Source of the DNA: a candidate division FCPU426 bacterium
GTDB lineage: Bacteria; Oederibacteriota; JAAXVQ01; JAUVAV01
Reading direction: 5' to 3'
Assembly (NCBI GenBank): GCA_040756875.1
Contig: JBFLYH010000002.1
Location: forward strand, 222,526 to 286,525
DNA length: 64,000 nucleotides
The position numbers and the translations under genes are program-made. Below the pieces are notes generated by a model that saw only the letters and a program-made list of their open reading frames with translations, had not been told where the DNA came from and searched no databases. Shown piece after piece: positions 1-9,359 of this stretch. The stretch's first letter is position 1; each line of letters starts with the position of its first letter.

Positions 1-812
1 TTTTTCGCTTCTTCGTTCATCATGGAAGGATACTGGTCGAGCAGCAGCTGGTAGGTGCAGCGGGCGGCCGCCGTGTCGTTCAGCCGCTGCTGGCATTCGC
101 CCACGCCCATGAGCGCCTCGGCGGCCAGGAACCCGCCGCGGTAGTCTTTTTCCAGCGCCAGGTAGATCCGGATGGCTTCCTCATACTGCTCGGCAGCCTC
201 GGCCACCTTGCCCAGCCCGAGCCTGGCCTCGGCCTCCCAGTCCGTGCGGGGCAGGGCCTGTTGCACGCTTTGGTACGTGGCGCGGGCCTGGTCCAGTTCG
301 CCGGCCGCGAGCTGGCATTCGGCGATCTGCAGATCAGCCCAGGCGTTCATGGCCGACTCGCCCTGCGGCTCGCGCAGCTGCCGGTACAGGTCGATGGCTT
401 CGGCCCAGTGGCTCTGTTCCCGCTGCGTTTCCGCCATGGCGATCTGGGCCTGGCGCCGCGTTTCGTTCTCTTTCGTCCGTTCCAGCACCCGCTGGTATTC
501 CTTCAGCGCGGCCGGATAGCGCTTGGCCAGGGCCAGCCGCTGGGCGTTTTCGAAATGGCGCTGGACGACCCGCTCGGGATTGCCCCAGCCGGTCAGATAG
601 CCGTAGCCCTGCACGATCAGCAGCACGGCTGCGCCGCTGCCCAGGAGCAGCATCCAGAACCGCCGCGAGGACTGCAGCGTGACCGCGGGCGCGGAGGGTT
701 CGGGCCCGGCAACCGGCTGCACCGGAGCCGCGCTCTTTTTCGGAGCAGGTTTGTTTCTGGCAACCGGCTTGGGTTTGGGAGTCGCTTTTTTCTTGGACGA
801 TGGCACGATCAC
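1..812 (-). CDS. Membrane-anchored TPR-repeat protein (runs off the window start; not in the ORF track)
   Basis: Manual minus-strand translation from GTG at 812 (or 806) after GGAGG: Lys/Pro-rich N-terminus, one hydrophobic segment (FWMLLLGSGAAVLLIVQGYGYL), then TPR-like helices (EARLGLGKVAEAAEQYEEAIRIY, AEALMGVGECQ). No stop before position 1. Confidence 0.75.
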   Translation of the reverse strand, partial: MIVPSSKKKATPKPKPVARNKPAPKKSAAPVQPVAGPEPSAPAVTLQSSRRFWMLLLGSGAAVLLIVQGYGYLTGWGNPERVVQRHFENAQRLALAKRYPAALKEYQRVLERTKENETRRQAQIAMAETQREQSHWAEAIDLYRQLREPQGESAMNAWADLQIAECQLAAGELDQARATYQSVQQALPRTDWEAEARLGLGKVAEAAEQYEEAIRIYLALEKDYRGGFLAAEALMGVGECQQRLNDTAAARCTYQLLLDQYPSMMNEEAK

Positions 813-919
813 AATCCTCCTCGGGAATGAAAGTAGTTTGCTATTCATGCAGGCGCGCCCGAACGTCGGGAGGCGAACACATGCAAGTTGACGAATCCGC
901 TTTCGCTTATCCGAATGCG

Positions 920-1282
920 CTACGGCGCGTTGACCCAGGCTTCGCCCCGCAGGCTTTCGCCGGCAGCGGTCCGGCCGGACACCAGCACCTTGTACCGCCC
1001 GGGCTGCCAGACCGCGCCCCAGGGAATTTGCGTGACGAACGTCCAGGTGCGCCCCTGGTCGGCGGTTTTCAGGGGCACGACCGGCGAGCCGGCCCAATCC
1101 AGGCGCCCCGTAACCTCGACCGTGTCCGCCGGAGCCAGCACTCGCACGCTGACCACGGTGCCGGGATAAATGGTGTCCGGCGTGACGGTCACGTCCAGCC
1201 GGGGCCCGGCCACAGGCACGGTGGCGCAGGCTGCGCACGCCCAGGCGGCCAGCAGCCAGAGCAGGGCGGGCCGGCGTTTCAC
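920..1282 (-). CDS. Small putative lipoprotein with a beta-rich (Ig-like) domain, 120 aa
   Basis: C-terminal part of ORF 920..1855. GTG start overlaps the amidohydrolase stop (GTGA). Signal-like KRRPALLWLLAAWACAAC followed by beta-strand-like sequence. Confidence 0.65.
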   Translation of the reverse strand: MKRRPALLWLLAAWACAACATVPVAGPRLDVTVTPDTIYPGTVVSVRVLAPADTVEVTGRLDWAGSPVVPLKTADQGRTWTFVTQIPWGAVWQPGRYKVLVSGRTAAGESLRGEAWVNAP

Positions 1283-2469
1283 GCCCGGCCTCCCAAAAAG
1301 TCCAGCGCCGCCTGGGCCAGCACCGCGGCGCCGGAGGCCAATCCGCGCTCGTCGAAATCGAACCGCGGGTGGTGCCAGGGATAACGGAAGCGCGCCGCGC
1401 TTCCGCCCACGCCCACCCGGAAAAAACACGCCGGCCGCCGGCGCGCGAAATAAGTGAAATCCTCGCCGGTCATAAGCGGCCGCGCCCATTCCCGCACGCC
1501 TCCCCTTCCCAGCACGGCCAGCCCGGCGCGCCGCACCAGTCCGGCTGCCCGCGGGTGGTTCACCAAGGGCGGGTGCCCGGGTTGCAGGCTGAAGCGCGCC
1601 TCGGCGCGGTGCGCGCGGCAAATGTTGCGGCTGATGCGCGCCACCCGCTGCGCCAGGCTGCGCCGCGTGGCCGCGGACAGGCTGCGCAGGGTCCCTTCCA
1701 GCACCGCTTCCCCGGCAATGGCGTTGTAGGCTTCCCCGCCCCGGATCCGGCCCACGCTCACCACGGCCGGCTCCAGCGGGTCCTGCTCCCGCGCCACGGC
1801 CTGCTGCAGGCCGGTGATCACGGCCGCGGCTGCGGCGATCGCGTCCACGCTGCAATGCGGCAGGGCCGCGTGGCCGCCCCGGCCCGTGACGGTCAGGACA
1901 AAGGCGTCGGCCGCGGCCATGGCCGCGCCCTCGCGCACGCCGATGGTCCCGGCCGGAAGCTGGGTGTCCACGTGCCCGGCCAGGATCAGGTCCACGCGGG
2001 GATGTTCCAGCACGCCGGCCGCGATCATGGCCTGGGCGCCGCCGGGCGGAACCTCCTCGCTGGGTTGGAAGATCAGTTTCACGCTCCCGGCCAGCTGCTC
2101 CCGCCGGCCGGCCAGGATCTGCGCCGCGCCCAGCAGCATGGCCTGGTTGCCGTCGTGGCCGCAGGCGTGCATGACGCCCGGAACGCGCGAGGCATAGGGC
2201 GCGCCGGTCGCCTCGCAGATCGGCAGGGCGTCCATGTCCGCGCGCAAGGCCAGCACGGGCCCGGGCCGGCGGCCGCGCAGGAGCGCCACCACGCCGGTGC
2301 GGGCTACCCCGGTCCTGACCTGCCAGCCCGCTGAACGCAGCACCCGGGCCAAAAAGGATGCGGTGCGGCGCTCGCGGAAAGCCAGTTCCGGCTGGCGGTG
2401 GATTTCCCGGCGCCAGGCGCGCAGCCGGGGCAAAAGCTTCCGGGCCTGGCCGGCGGCACTCCTGTCCAC
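1279..2469 (-). CDS. M20D family amidohydrolase
   Basis: Motifs RREIHRQPELAF, LRADMDALP, MHACGHD, FQPSEE, GEDF, HHPRFD. Confidence 0.93.
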   Translation of the reverse strand: MDRSAAGQARKLLPRLRAWRREIHRQPELAFRERRTASFLARVLRSAGWQVRTGVARTGVVALLRGRRPGPVLALRADMDALPICEATGAPYASRVPGVMHACGHDGNQAMLLGAAQILAGRREQLAGSVKLIFQPSEEVPPGGAQAMIAAGVLEHPRVDLILAGHVDTQLPAGTIGVREGAAMAAADAFVLTVTGRGGHAALPHCSVDAIAAAAAVITGLQQAVAREQDPLEPAVVSVGRIRGGEAYNAIAGEAVLEGTLRSLSAATRRSLAQRVARISRNICRAHRAEARFSLQPGHPPLVNHPRAAGLVRRAGLAVLGRGGVREWARPLMTGEDFTYFARRRPACFFRVGVGGSAARFRYPWHHPRFDFDERGLASGAAVLAQAALDFLGGRA

Positions 2470-2470
2470 T

Positions 2471-2932
2471 TTATTCCTCCCGCGCGATGGCCCGGACCAC
2501 GTCGGCCTTGCCCACGATGCCGACCAGCTTCCCGGCCTTGACCACGGGCAACAGGTGCCGCTTGCGTTCGTGCATGATGGTGGCGACGGCCGAAAGCTCC
2601 AGCTCAGGCTCGATGGTCAGCACGTCCCGGCTCATGATGTCCGCCACTTTCTTGCCGATGACTTTCTGCAGTTCCTTTTCGTATTTGCGGGGGCTCTCCA
2701 GGTAGATGACCGCGTCGAACACGGTCACGACCGTGGGCAGATGCACGTTGGCGTCGCGGAAAATCAGGTCGCCTTCGGTCACGATGCCCGCCAGCTTGCC
2801 GGCGCGGTCCACCACCGGCGCTCCGGAGATATGGTGCTTCAGCAGGAATTGGGCCAGCGCCTTCACCGTGGTGTCCGGTTTGACGGTCAGCACCCGTTTG
2901 GTCATGATGTCCTTGGCACGTATGGCTTTCAT
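2471..2932 (-). CDS. CBS domain pair protein
   Basis: Two CBS repeats (AKDIMT...ISGAPVVD...GIVTEGDL; VADIMS...LLPVV...GIVGKADV); GGAGG RBS. Confidence 0.9.
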   Translation of the reverse strand: MKAIRAKDIMTKRVLTVKPDTTVKALAQFLLKHHISGAPVVDRAGKLAGIVTEGDLIFRDANVHLPTVVTVFDAVIYLESPRKYEKELQKVIGKKVADIMSRDVLTIEPELELSAVATIMHERKRHLLPVVKAGKLVGIVGKADVVRAIAREE

Positions 2933-2965
2933 CGTTCCTCCTTCAGGATAGATCGCGCATCCCTT

Positions 2966-4513
2966 TCAAGCCCAGCGCAGTTGGGCCAATGCGTTAGGGA
3001 TAAAGGCGGCGACATCCCGGGCCCGAACGCCCTGGCCCCAGGTGTCGCAAGCAGCCAGCTCGCCCGCCCGTCCGTGAATATACGCCGCACACGCAGCCGC
3101 GGCCCAGGGGTCCATGCCCTGCGCGGCCAGGGCCGCGAGCACGCCGGACAAAACGTCCCCGGTCCCGGCAGTGGCCAGGGCCTGGGTGCCGGCGCTGACC
3201 ACGCCCAGCGGGCCGTCGCCAGGGGCCTGCACCAGGGTGGGCGAGCCTTTCAGCAGCACCACGGCGTTCCAGGCCCGCCCCGCGGCTTGCGCCGCGGCCT
3301 GGCGGTCCTGGTTCACGGCCTCCACGCTGCGGCCCAGCAAACGGCCGGCTTCGCCCGCATGCGGGGTGAGCACCAGGGGCGTTGGATGTTTTTCCGGAAG
3401 CGCTTCCGGCGCCAAGGCGTCCGCGTCCACGACCACGGCCCTGGGGCCGGCCGCGCGCCGCAAGAACGCGCTGACCAGCCTGGCCGTGGCGCGCGTGCGG
3501 CCCAGGCCAGGGCCGATGACCACTGCGTCCTGCTCCTGGGCCAAAGCCAGCAGCGCGGCCAGCGCTTCAGGCGCGAAGGCCCCGGCAGCCGACGCGGGCA
3601 GGGGCGTGCACAGTTCCTCCAGGGCTTGGCTGCGGACCGCGGCGTCCAGGCAGCGCGGATACGCCAGGCGCACGAAGCCCGCGCCCGCGCGCGCGGCTCC
3701 CTGCCCGGCCAACAGCAGCGCGCCGTGGTACTGCGCCGAGCCGCCGATCACCAGGACTTTCCCTGCCAGGCGCTTGTGCGCATGCGCCGGCCGGCGGGGC
3801 AGGCGGCGTCCGACTTCCATTGCATCCCAAAACTGCTCGGCCTCTCCTTCGCCGGACAAAAGCGACGGCGGAAAACCGATGGACGCCACGCGCACCTGCC
3901 CCACCCAGGGCAGGGCCGCAGGCTGAAACAAACCCCGTTTGGGGAGACCGAACGTCACTGTGACATCCGCGGCCACGGTGGGCGGCTGCGGCCGGCCGGT
4001 GTCCGCGTCCAAACCCGAGGGCACGTCGGCCGCCACCACCAGACAGCGCGCCCGGGCCAGGGCCGAAATGGCGCCGGCCAGGGGCTCGCGGGGAGCGCCC
4101 TGGGCGCCGATCCCCAGCAGGGCGTCCACCGCCGCGTCCGCCCGGGCCAGCAGGGCCCGGCTTTCCTCGGGAAACGCATCAACCCGGCGGCTGACCCTGG
4201 CCGGGGTCTGCTCCAGGCGCTCCAGGTTGCTTTGGGTCTCGGGCGCGAGCCGTTCGCCCGCCAGCAGGACCACGTCCACCTCGACCCCGCGGACCGCGAG
4301 CATCCGGGCGCACACCAAGCCGTCGCCGCCGTTCTTGCCCGGGCCGGCCAGCACCACCACCCGTCGCGGCGAACGCAGGGGCAGGCGCGACAGCACCGCT
4401 TCGGCCAGCGCCTGGCCGGCCTGCTCCATCAACTCCAGCGTGGAGCAGCCGAAGCGATTGATCGCCTCCTGTTCCATGGCCTGCATGTCCTGGGTGCTAA
4501 CGATTTTCAACAC
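2966..4513 (-). CDS. nnr: Bifunctional NAD(P)HX epimerase/dehydratase
   Basis: YjeF_N motifs (LMEQAG, GPGKNGGDG, DALLGIG, DVPSG) plus carbohydrate-kinase motifs (IGPGLG, VVDADAL, LTPHAGE, AGTGDVLSG). Confidence 0.93.
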   Translation of the reverse strand: MLKIVSTQDMQAMEQEAINRFGCSTLELMEQAGQALAEAVLSRLPLRSPRRVVVLAGPGKNGGDGLVCARMLAVRGVEVDVVLLAGERLAPETQSNLERLEQTPARVSRRVDAFPEESRALLARADAAVDALLGIGAQGAPREPLAGAISALARARCLVVAADVPSGLDADTGRPQPPTVAADVTVTFGLPKRGLFQPAALPWVGQVRVASIGFPPSLLSGEGEAEQFWDAMEVGRRLPRRPAHAHKRLAGKVLVIGGSAQYHGALLLAGQGAARAGAGFVRLAYPRCLDAAVRSQALEELCTPLPASAAGAFAPEALAALLALAQEQDAVVIGPGLGRTRATARLVSAFLRRAAGPRAVVVDADALAPEALPEKHPTPLVLTPHAGEAGRLLGRSVEAVNQDRQAAAQAAGRAWNAVVLLKGSPTLVQAPGDGPLGVVSAGTQALATAGTGDVLSGVLAALAAQGMDPWAAAACAAYIHGRAGELAACDTWGQGVRARDVAAFIPNALAQLRWA

Positions 4514-4627
4514 GGCCGCGTGTCGCTCCGGGGTGAAATGGAACCCTCCGCGAAGGGGATGAGAGGCAAATTATAGCACGCCCGTTTAAGGCGGGCCTAC
4601 AAAAAACCCGGACAAGGGGCTTGAAAC

Positions 4628-4662
4628 GCCGAAAGCCCCGGACAGAGACCGGGGCTTTCGGT
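4628..4662 (-). terminator. GC-rich hairpin, probable terminator of the PorV/OmpA gene
   Basis: Inverted repeat CCGAAAGCCCCGG-N7-CCGGGGCTTTCGG about 35 nt past the stop at 4698. Confidence 0.6.
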
Positions 4663-4697
4663 GGTACGGGGATAACTGTTTTCCGGCTGCCAGCCGC

Positions 4698-6461
4698 CTA
4701 CCGCCGGTAGATGATGGTGATTTCCACGCGGCGGTTTTGCTGCCGGCCGCTCTCGGTCTGATTGCTGGCCGCGGGATTTTTGTTGCCCCGGGCGTGGACC
4801 GAAAAATCCTTGAGCGGAATTTTATACGAGGCGGTCAGATACCGGGAGACCGACTCTGCGCGGCGCTGGGACAGGAGGAACGACGAGGGCGATTCGCTGC
4901 CGCCGTCCGTGTAGCCCTCGATCATGACTTTGACGTACGGCCGGCTCTTGATCTTGATGGCCGCCTCGGAAAGCTGCTTGACCGCCGCGTCGGAGAGATC
5001 GGCCGCGCCTTCGTCGAAATACACGGGCTGGAGGGTTTCCTGGCTGGGCGCCTCCTCGTCCCCACGGGACTTGGCCACCACTGCGCCGCTCAGCTTTTCG
5101 GCCCCGCCGTCCGTGGTCTCGACCTTGAAGGCGTAGCGGCAGAAGATGGATTCCTTGACCGGCTGCTGGTTCTGGTCCTTGCCGTCCCAGGTGATGGGGC
5201 TGGGCAGTCCCTTGCCCGTAAACGACTTGACCGTGCGGTCCTTGGCGTCCGCGATTTTAAGGGACCAGCGTTTGACCTTTTTGCCCTCGGACACGATCAG
5301 TTTGAACGTCGCGCTTTCGATCTGGGTCTTGACCTTGGCGTCGGGCTTGGCGTCCACTTCCACGCGGATGTCCGTGCGCATGGCCATGTCGGAAACCTTG
5401 GGCAGGAGGACGTTGCCCTCCGTGCCCATCTGCTCCGGCAGCAGCACTCCGGTGCCGCCGGTCACGGGGCGGGCGGCTTTCACCCGGCGGATGCGTTTGA
5501 CCTTCTTGGCCGCCTTGGCGGTCGCGAATTCATACGTCAGCGCGATCCGGTGCGTAAGCCCCAGGTCGCCGAACGGCGCCACGGCGTAATCCAGCTTGAA
5601 GTTCGAAATGTTGACGCCCAGACCGGCCGACAGGCCGGTCATGCCGCCCAGCTGGTTGATTTCGGATACGCGGTATCCCGCGCGGATCGCGACCGCCCCC
5701 TGATAATCGTACTCCAGGCCGAAATTGGCGTAAACCGGCTGGTCCACCGGGATCGGCACGTTGGCGTCGGCCACGATCAAAAAGTGGTCGCGCTTGTCGT
5801 CCACCAGGAGCGGCAGGTTGTAGCCCAGGCCGGCCTTGATGGTGAGGGGCAGCTGGAAGCCTTCCAGGGGCAGGCCCAGATTCTGGATCACCAGGCCGGC
5901 GTTGAGGTTGGGCAGAAGGTCGCGGTAGCGGGCGCCGAGGTCCAGGGCCAGGGTCATGCTGTTGAAGGTGTCCACGCTTTCGGACACCAGGCGCACCGAG
6001 CCGCCTACGTCCAGGTCGCCGTAGAGCTGCGTGCCGTAACCCGCGCCGACCACCAGGGTGTAAGGCGTGAAGGTCTGGTTGAGCGGCACGGGATAACCGT
6101 CCGTGTCCACGCCGATCTTGTCGAAGGTGCCGAAATTGATGTAATTGACGCTGAAGGCCATGCCGCCCTTGAAGAGCCTCTGGGCGTAGGTGAGATAGGC
6201 GTCCTGAATGTCCTGGAGCCAGAGGTTGTGCATGTAGGAGAGCTGGGGGTTGGAAATCTGGGCGAGTCCGGCCGGGTTCCAGTACAGGGCGTAGATGTCC
6301 TCGGCCGCCGCGGCCTGGGCTTCGCCCATGGCTACGGCCCGCGGGCCGATGCCGATCTGCAGGACTTTGCCGGCCGTGCTGAGCACCGCTTCGTTGGCGC
6401 CCGCCGCCAGGGGCATTCCGAGCATCCACAAACCCGCGACCATCAGTCTTCTCATCCGCAT
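4698..6461 (-). CDS. PorV/PorQ (UPF0164)-type outer-membrane barrel fused to a FlgD-Ig-like module and an OmpA-like peptidoglycan-binding domain
   Basis: Signal peptide; GIGPRAVAMGEA and ALYWNPAGLA; DYAVAPFGDLGLTHRIAL barrel end; ITWDGKD module; OmpA C-domain (VYFDEG, IEGYTD, LSQRRAESV, GRQQNRRVEI). Confidence 0.8.
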   Translation of the reverse strand: MRMRRLMVAGLWMLGMPLAAGANEAVLSTAGKVLQIGIGPRAVAMGEAQAAAAEDIYALYWNPAGLAQISNPQLSYMHNLWLQDIQDAYLTYAQRLFKGGMAFSVNYINFGTFDKIGVDTDGYPVPLNQTFTPYTLVVGAGYGTQLYGDLDVGGSVRLVSESVDTFNSMTLALDLGARYRDLLPNLNAGLVIQNLGLPLEGFQLPLTIKAGLGYNLPLLVDDKRDHFLIVADANVPIPVDQPVYANFGLEYDYQGAVAIRAGYRVSEINQLGGMTGLSAGLGVNISNFKLDYAVAPFGDLGLTHRIALTYEFATAKAAKKVKRIRRVKAARPVTGGTGVLLPEQMGTEGNVLLPKVSDMAMRTDIRVEVDAKPDAKVKTQIESATFKLIVSEGKKVKRWSLKIADAKDRTVKSFTGKGLPSPITWDGKDQNQQPVKESIFCRYAFKVETTDGGAEKLSGAVVAKSRGDEEAPSQETLQPVYFDEGAADLSDAAVKQLSEAAIKIKSRPYVKVMIEGYTDGGSESPSSFLLSQRRAESVSRYLTASYKIPLKDFSVHARGNKNPAASNQTESGRQQNRRVEITIIYRR

Positions 6462-6579
6462 GGCGCACCGCCCTTACGGTTTCGTCCTGCGCTTCCTGCC
6501 GCCCGGCCAAGCGGGCCGCATACAATATATAATAGTAGCAAACCCTGCAAAGCTTTGGCAAGTTTCAAAATTCAAAATC

Positions 6580-7983
6580 CTATCCGGATTGCCCCACCGC
6601 CTGCACCTTCAGGAAATTGGCGGCCCGGCCCGCGGGCGAACCCGCCACGATGACCATGACGTCCCCCTGCCGCACGCGGCGCGAGCGCAGCAGCAGGACC
6701 TCGGCCTCGCGCACCACGTTCTCCATCCCCGGACGGCGCCGCAGGCTCAGCCCGTCCAATCCCCAGTAGAGCTGCAGGCGGCGCTGGACTTCGGCCGAGT
6801 GGGCCAGCGCGATTACCGGCACCTGCGGCCGCAGCCTGGACACCAGGCACGCCGTGCGGCCGGAATGCGTGAACACGACCAGGGCGCGGGCCCGCAGGGA
6901 CTCGGCCAGCCCGGCGGCCGCGGACACCACCCGGTCCTCGGTCCCGGTCTGTTCGGGATGCAGGCGGTTGTAGCCCGGCTGGGATTCGGCCTCGCGGGCA
7001 ATGGCCGCGAGCATGCGGGCGGCCTGGACCGGATACTGGCCGGCCGCGGTCTCGCCGGACAGCAGCAGCGCGTCGCTGCCGTCGAAAATCGCGTTGGCCA
7101 CGTCCGACGCCTCGGCGCGCGTGGGCGTGGGCTGGGTGATCATGCTCTGCAGCATCTGCGTGGCCGTGATCACGAAACGGCCCAGCCGGTTGGCCTGGGC
7201 GATGATCCGCTTCTGCACGCCGGGCACGCGCTCCGGCGAAAGCTCCACGCCCAGGTCGCCGCGGGCGACCATCACGCCGTCCGCGGCCAGGATGACTTCC
7301 TCCAGGCAGGCGAGCGCCTGCGGCTTTTCGATCTTGGCCACGATGCCCGCATGGCCGCCGGCGCGCCGGATCAGGCCCCGCAGCAGGCGCAGGTCCCCGG
7401 GCCGGGTCACGAAGGACAGGGCCACGTAATCCAGGCCGAGGCGCAGGGCCAGGGCCAGGTCCCGGCGGTCCTTGGCCGTGAGGGCCGGCACCTTCAGCTG
7501 CGTGCCGGGCAGGTTGAGGCCCTTGTGGTCGCGCAGCTTGCCGCCGGTCTTGACCCGGCAGAGCACGTCCGCGCCCTGGCTGCGCTCCACGGCGAGTTCC
7601 AGCAGCCCGTCGTCGAGCAGGATGCGCTCGCCCGGCCGCACGTCGCGCGCCAGGCCGGCGTACGAAACCGGAATCAGCTCCTGGCTGCCTAGAACGGCGC
7701 GCGGCGTCAGCCGCACGCGGCTGTGTTCGGCCAGCCGCACCTCGCCGCCCGGAAAGCGGCCCACCCGCAGCTTGGGCCCGGCCAGGTCGACCAAAGTGGC
7801 CACGGTCGCCCCCTGGCGCCGGGCCTCGGCGCGGAGCGCCTGGATGCGCCGCGTATGGTCGGCGTGGGTGCCGTGCGCGAAATTGATGCGCGCGCAGTTC
7901 ATGCCCGCGCGGATCAGCGCGGCCAGCACGCTGGGCCGGTCCGTGGCCGGCCCCAGGGTGAAAATCAGCTTGGTGCGTGTCAT
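6580..7983 (-). CDS. pyk: Pyruvate kinase
   Basis: RTKLIFTLGPA, RINFAHG, DLAGPKLR, AKIEK, VMVARGDLGVE, ATQMLQSM, PTRAEASDVANA, LSGETA. Confidence 0.97.
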   Translation of the reverse strand: MTRTKLIFTLGPATDRPSVLAALIRAGMNCARINFAHGTHADHTRRIQALRAEARRQGATVATLVDLAGPKLRVGRFPGGEVRLAEHSRVRLTPRAVLGSQELIPVSYAGLARDVRPGERILLDDGLLELAVERSQGADVLCRVKTGGKLRDHKGLNLPGTQLKVPALTAKDRRDLALALRLGLDYVALSFVTRPGDLRLLRGLIRRAGGHAGIVAKIEKPQALACLEEVILAADGVMVARGDLGVELSPERVPGVQKRIIAQANRLGRFVITATQMLQSMITQPTPTRAEASDVANAIFDGSDALLLSGETAAGQYPVQAARMLAAIAREAESQPGYNRLHPEQTGTEDRVVSAAAGLAESLRARALVVFTHSGRTACLVSRLRPQVPVIALAHSAEVQRRLQLYWGLDGLSLRRRPGMENVVREAEVLLLRSRRVRQGDVMVIVAGSPAGRAANFLKVQAVGQSG

Positions 7984-8013
7984 GGGGCTCCCCCATTCAA
8001 ACGGGATAATGGC

Positions 8014-8118
8014 GATTGCCGCGCTCTCCCTAAAGGGCTCGCTCGCAATGACCCCTTCTCTATCCTTATCGTCATTGCGAGGAGTCCCGAGGAAGTATCG
8101 AAGGGTGACGAAGCAATC
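8014..8118. repeat. Palindromic intergenic repeat, family A (GATTGC...CTCGCAATGAC / GTCATTGCGAG...GAAGCAATC)
   Basis: The same motif pair recurs in 10769-11283, 13551-13623 and 25635-25717. Confidence 0.8.
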
Positions 8119-8268
8119 CCGATTCTACCAGCTTAATACGGCAAGAAGAATCGCGCCACCTGCAGAATTATATTGGCCCCCCGACCGGATACATTTATTG
8201 GTGCCTCCGGCACCGTGGGACGGCCAATGGGTCCGGCTGATGTCTGCACGGCCCAGGTTAACTGCAAG

Positions 8269-8718
8269 TTAAAACGGCAGCATCACGCTGGCTATTTGCA
8301 GAAGAACATTGGCCGCAATTCCGGCCAGCACGTCGTCGGCCATGACGCCCCAGCCTCCGGGCCAGGCCTGCACGCGGCGGATCACCCAGGGCTTCCACAC
8401 GTCGAACAGCCGGAACAGGAAAAAAGCCGCCAGGGGATAGAATGGATGCCAGGGCAGATAGGCCGCGGCCAGCAGCATGCCCGCGATTTCGTCGATGACG
8501 ATTTTGTGCGAGTCTTTTTCGTTCAGGACGCGTTCAGCCAGGGTGGCGGACCAGACGCCGACCGCCGATACCGCGAGCAGCGCCGCGGCGTACAGCCAGG
8601 GATGCCCGCGCAGGAGCCAATACGGCAGCAGGGCCACGGCTGAAGCCACCGTGCCTGACGCCCAGGGCGCGTAGCCCACGCCCAAAACCGAAGCCACCCA
8701 GAGCGCCAGCCGGTTCAC
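8269..8718 (-). CDS. pgpA: Phosphatidylglycerophosphatase A
   Basis: C-terminal 149 aa of ORF 8269..9351. GTG overlaps the pgsA stop. Motifs ASGTVAS, KDSHKIVIDEIAG, FRLFDVWKP, GVMADDVLAG. Confidence 0.92.
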   Translation of the reverse strand: MNRLALWVASVLGVGYAPWASGTVASAVALLPYWLLRGHPWLYAAALLAVSAVGVWSATLAERVLNEKDSHKIVIDEIAGMLLAAAYLPWHPFYPLAAFFLFRLFDVWKPWVIRRVQAWPGGWGVMADDVLAGIAANVLLQIASVMLPF

Positions 8719-9359
8719 GCCGAGTGCTCCTGCCACAGTTCCTTGTTCTTTTCGAGGTACTCCACGCCTGAATACAGGGACAGGAGGGCCACGACGAACA
8801 TGGCCCAGTACGGGGCGTGTTGGGCGAACCCGCGCAGTACGCGGCCCACGGCTCCCCACGCGAGCACGGTCTGCTCCCAGGGCGGCATCCAAGCCTGCAG
8901 CGAAGCCACGACCACGTTGACGGTCAGGATCAGGATCACGGCCACGATCTGGGAAATGGTCTTGTGCTTGCCGGCCTGCGAGGCGGCGATCACCCGGCCC
9001 TGCACCGCGGCCAGCACGCGCAGGCCGGTGATGGCGAACTCGCGCCCGATGATGAGGATCACCATCCAAGCCGGGGCCAGATCCATCTGCACGAAGCAGA
9101 TGAACACCGTGGCCATGAGCAATTTGTCGGCCAGCGGGTCCATGATGCGGCCGAAGTTGGTCTCCAGTTTCCGTTCGCGGGCGATCTTGCCGTCCCAGTA
9201 ATCGGTGATGGCCGCGACGATGAAAATCAGCAGGGCCGCGTACTGGCCCCACAGACGCTCGGACAGGAGCGCCACCATCAGCAGCGGCACGGCCGCGATG
9301 CGGGCGAGGGTCAGGCGGTTGGGAAGGTTCAGGCGCTGCCAGCGCGTCCACCAGCTCAC
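8715..9359 (-). CDS. pgsA: CDP-diacylglycerol--glycerol-3-phosphate 3-phosphatidyltransferase
   Basis: NLPNRLTLARI, TDYWDGKIAR, FGRIMDPLADK, REFAITGLR. Confidence 0.96.
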   Translation of the reverse strand: MSWWTRWQRLNLPNRLTLARIAAVPLLMVALLSERLWGQYAALLIFIVAAITDYWDGKIARERKLETNFGRIMDPLADKLLMATVFICFVQMDLAPAWMVILIIGREFAITGLRVLAAVQGRVIAASQAGKHKTISQIVAVILILTVNVVVASLQAWMPPWEQTVLAWGAVGRVLRGFAQHAPYWAMFVVALLSLYSGVEYLEKNKELWQEHSA

